This document shows positions 61,209-64,000 of a DNA stretch of 64,000 bases, in pieces. The DNA comes from Cenococcum geophilum. Taxonomy: Eukaryota. The DNA lies in contig CP158636.1 in the NCBI GenBank assembly GCA_050273025.1, forward strand, positions 9,176,001 to 9,240,000, given 5' to 3'. How positions within the stretch are numbered: position 1 is the stretch's first letter; the number at the start of each line of letters is the position of its first letter. The notes beneath the pieces were generated by a model. The model saw nothing but the letters and a program-made list of their open reading frames with translations. It was not told the origin of the DNA and did no database searches. The translations under genes were made by a program, and so were the position numbers.

Positions 61209-64000
61209 TCTACCTATATATAGCGTTAAAATAGAAGGGTTGGTCTTTCTAGATAAGGCAGTTAAGGGGCTATGCGATTTTGCTATAGTTCTTAATAAAG
61301 CGTTAGTAGAAGTTATAGAAACCTAGAAATAACTATACCCCCTTTACAGTCCATAGGGGTGTCCACTAGTTAATTACAGCCGTTTTTTCTGGGTTAGCCT
61401 TAATTCCGTCTATACTAATAATAAACCCTAGGTACTTTATACGCTTAATACTAAATTCTAACTTCTTAATATTGGCCTAGAGGCTAGCCTTATAGAGCTA
61501 TTATAGGACTTTATAAACGTGCTCCTTGTATTCCAACTCGTTCTTAAAGTAGATTATAATATTATCTAGGTAGGCCGTATAAAAGTTATTAAAATAGTTA
61601 AAGAGTACGTTGTTTATATATCGCTAGTACGTAGCTAGTCTACTAGTTAGTCTAAAAGGAAATACCATATATTTATACATTCCGTAATAGGTCTAAAATA
61701 TAGTAAGGTTCTTAAACCTAGGGTTTATTTTAATTTAGTAAAATGCCTAGCGGATATTAAGCTTTATAAAGACCTTAGCTTTATTTATTTAGGCTAAAGT
61801 CTCTTTACGTAGGGGCAGCGGATAGCGGTCTTTGCGGGTAATATTGTTTAGCTTATAGTAGTTAATATAGAAAGAGAGTCCTTTATTTAGCTTTTTAATA
61901 AAGAGAATTAGTAAGGCAAAAGGGACTTAACTACTAGGCTTAATAAAGCCCTTATCTAGGTTATCTATAAGATACTGCTTTATAGCCTATAATTCGGCAG
62001 TAGATTGCTAATAGATGGGGCTATAGCTAAGGGCGTTTTCTCCTTACCTTACTTAATCTCGATCTTATAGTCGTATAAATAGTAAGGTAAGAGTATATTA
62101 GACGCTGCCTTAGAGAATACGTCCTTAAATTTCTAGTATTAGGGGGGGGTAGTTTTTAGTCTACTAGTTCCTTATCTATAGGCTCGCTTTTTTATCCGCT
62201 AAGCTTACTTTCTTTTTCCTTAATTTTTTAATTAATTTTATATAAGCTGGTTATAAAGGTAATGGTATTAAGCTAAACTAAGTTCTGGTAGAATCCTACG
62301 GCACTAATATAGCAGATATTAACTGATAAGAGGTCCGTAGGTTTCTTTGCGGATATTTATAAGGTTATATTTTACAGTATAGAGTTTATAGTCTTCCTTA
62401 GCTTACGTTCCATTTTCTATAAGTTATCTTTCCTATTTGTTAGTTTTATATAACGTCTAATATTTCTAGCTTTCCTTTATAGCTACGTAGGGCCTAAGTC
62501 CTTTATAGGTAACTTAGCTAGGTTACTACTAACTTTTTAAGTCTTTAGTGTGGGTAGCGTAATATAGCTAGTATAGGGGCGGTATAGTATACGGATCCGT
62601 TACGGATTAAGCTATATATCTTTTTTTAAAGGCCTAGTCCCTACGTATAGCATCTGCCTAGTAAATAGTATTAATCTAGGGCTATACAAGGTTTTCTATT
62701 ATAATGCTGATTTCTTTTATAAAGGAAGGGGTTAGGGGTAAGGTTTTAGGCTAGATAAGCCGCTTACTCTATACGTTAAGCTATAAGCCTAAATAGGCTA
62801 GCTATTTTCTTTTTAAGATTATATTATAGCTTCCTAGGTCCATAATAAGGAGGGGGATATTATATTACCTTCGTCTATTAACATGGAGGTAAACCCGTAA
62901 GATAGTTATAATAGGTAGCCCTATCTGTCTATTATACCCGTAAATAGGAATTAGTTTGGGTAGTTCTTTAAAAAGTATATTTAAAAAATTAGCTAGCTTT
63001 ACAGTATACTAGGTGTCTATTAAGGCAAAGGTATTTGCTTTAGAGTTAGCTAAAGTAAAGGTTAAAACTTAATATTTATTACGGAATAAAGTATAAGGGA
63101 TAGTATAGCCTTTTCTATTAACTAGCTGACCCAGATTAATATATAACATATTAATCCCTTTTAATCCCAGAGAGGAGTTTTTTTAGAGTTCCCCTTTTTC
63201 TAACTCCGCGTTATCCTCCTAAATTAATAAAACCTTATCCGCTTTTGTGTTTATTAGGTAGTTTTTTATAAAATAGTTTTTTTTAGCCGTATAAAAAGCA
63301 AGCTCCTTAATTGCTAAGAGCCTATCTATAGGGGTCGCTATATATTGGCTAGGTATACACTAAACCTATAGTAGGACTAGCTGCACAGCTTCCCGTTTAA
63401 TTGGCTATAAGTTATACGGTTAGTGCTATAGGTGTTATAGGTTATACTAGGGCACTACGGGCCGTCCTTATACTACTTATAGTCCAGTTTAAAGGGTTTC
63501 TAGCTTTATACCCCTTAGCGCGTACCTTAATTTAATAAAGGCCTTAGTTAATAACTAAGCATTAATCTATAAGTTCCTTTAGCGTCTATATAGTAGTAAA
63601 AACTAATAACACGGCTTGCTGTAGGTCTAGCGTAAGCTTATTAAATAGGTCTGGCAGTAGATCTTCCTAGGAAATTTATACCTAGCCAGCTAAGTATAGA
63701 AAGCGGGTTTAGAAGGCCAAAAAAGTCTCTATTGTTTTTATATTTAGGCTTTTATAATTAAGGCGGGCGTTTTATACCTTAAAGGGGTCCTTATAAATAG
63801 AAGATAGGTACTCAATTATCTCTTCTCTAGAGAGGAAGGGGTTTATTAAGTCCTAGGCGTATCGTGGATATAGGTACGTCTATATATCTCTACCAGTACG
63901 GCTAAAGATATAGGCTATTTTAGCCTAAATAGTAGGGAAGTAGTCCGTATTAGCTTTAAGCTTATCCTATAATTAAAGCTTCTAGTTATTAAATATAGGG
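61209..64000 (-). mobile_element. Ty3/Gypsy family G fragment (gag end, protease, RT), continuing beyond window
   Basis: RT YLDDIIIY (~61565), KLDIR.AF (~61760), protease ALIDT (~63020), CCHC remnant (~63280). Confidence 0.85.

Noticed and set aside
1..64000. Alternative genetic code (in-frame TAA/TAG everywhere)
   Set aside because: Stops replace both Gln and Trp codons, and non-coding repeats show the same CA>TA and TG>TA changes. This is RIP.

Overview
This window is a RIP-mutated, nested transposon cluster of a filamentous ascomycete: TpA is in strong excess, CpA/TpG are depleted, and paired repeats differ by CA>TA and TG>TA. I found no intact host gene, rRNA, tRNA or CRISPR array; nearly all coding content is stop-riddled and readable only after mentally reversing RIP. 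Element names A-G are my labels. Contents: two Copia copies, Gypsy elements of families A (two copies), B, C, D and G, a non-autonomous LTR element (F), two LINEs, a hAT transposon, a MITE, solo LTRs and a Ngaro-type tyrosine-recombinase retroelement. Gypsy C (13381-61208) appears to contain about 40 kb of younger insertions. Best candidates for novelty: (1) Gypsy B and Gypsy C each carry an antisense, intron-containing gene between chromodomain and PPT, encoding a six-Cys Zn-cluster-like protein with a helical middle and an acidic tail; (2) a ~150-nt covarying multi-hairpin module sits just after pol in both the Copia family and Gypsy A. Protein motifs are manual translations, de-RIP readings are inference, and no database search was run.
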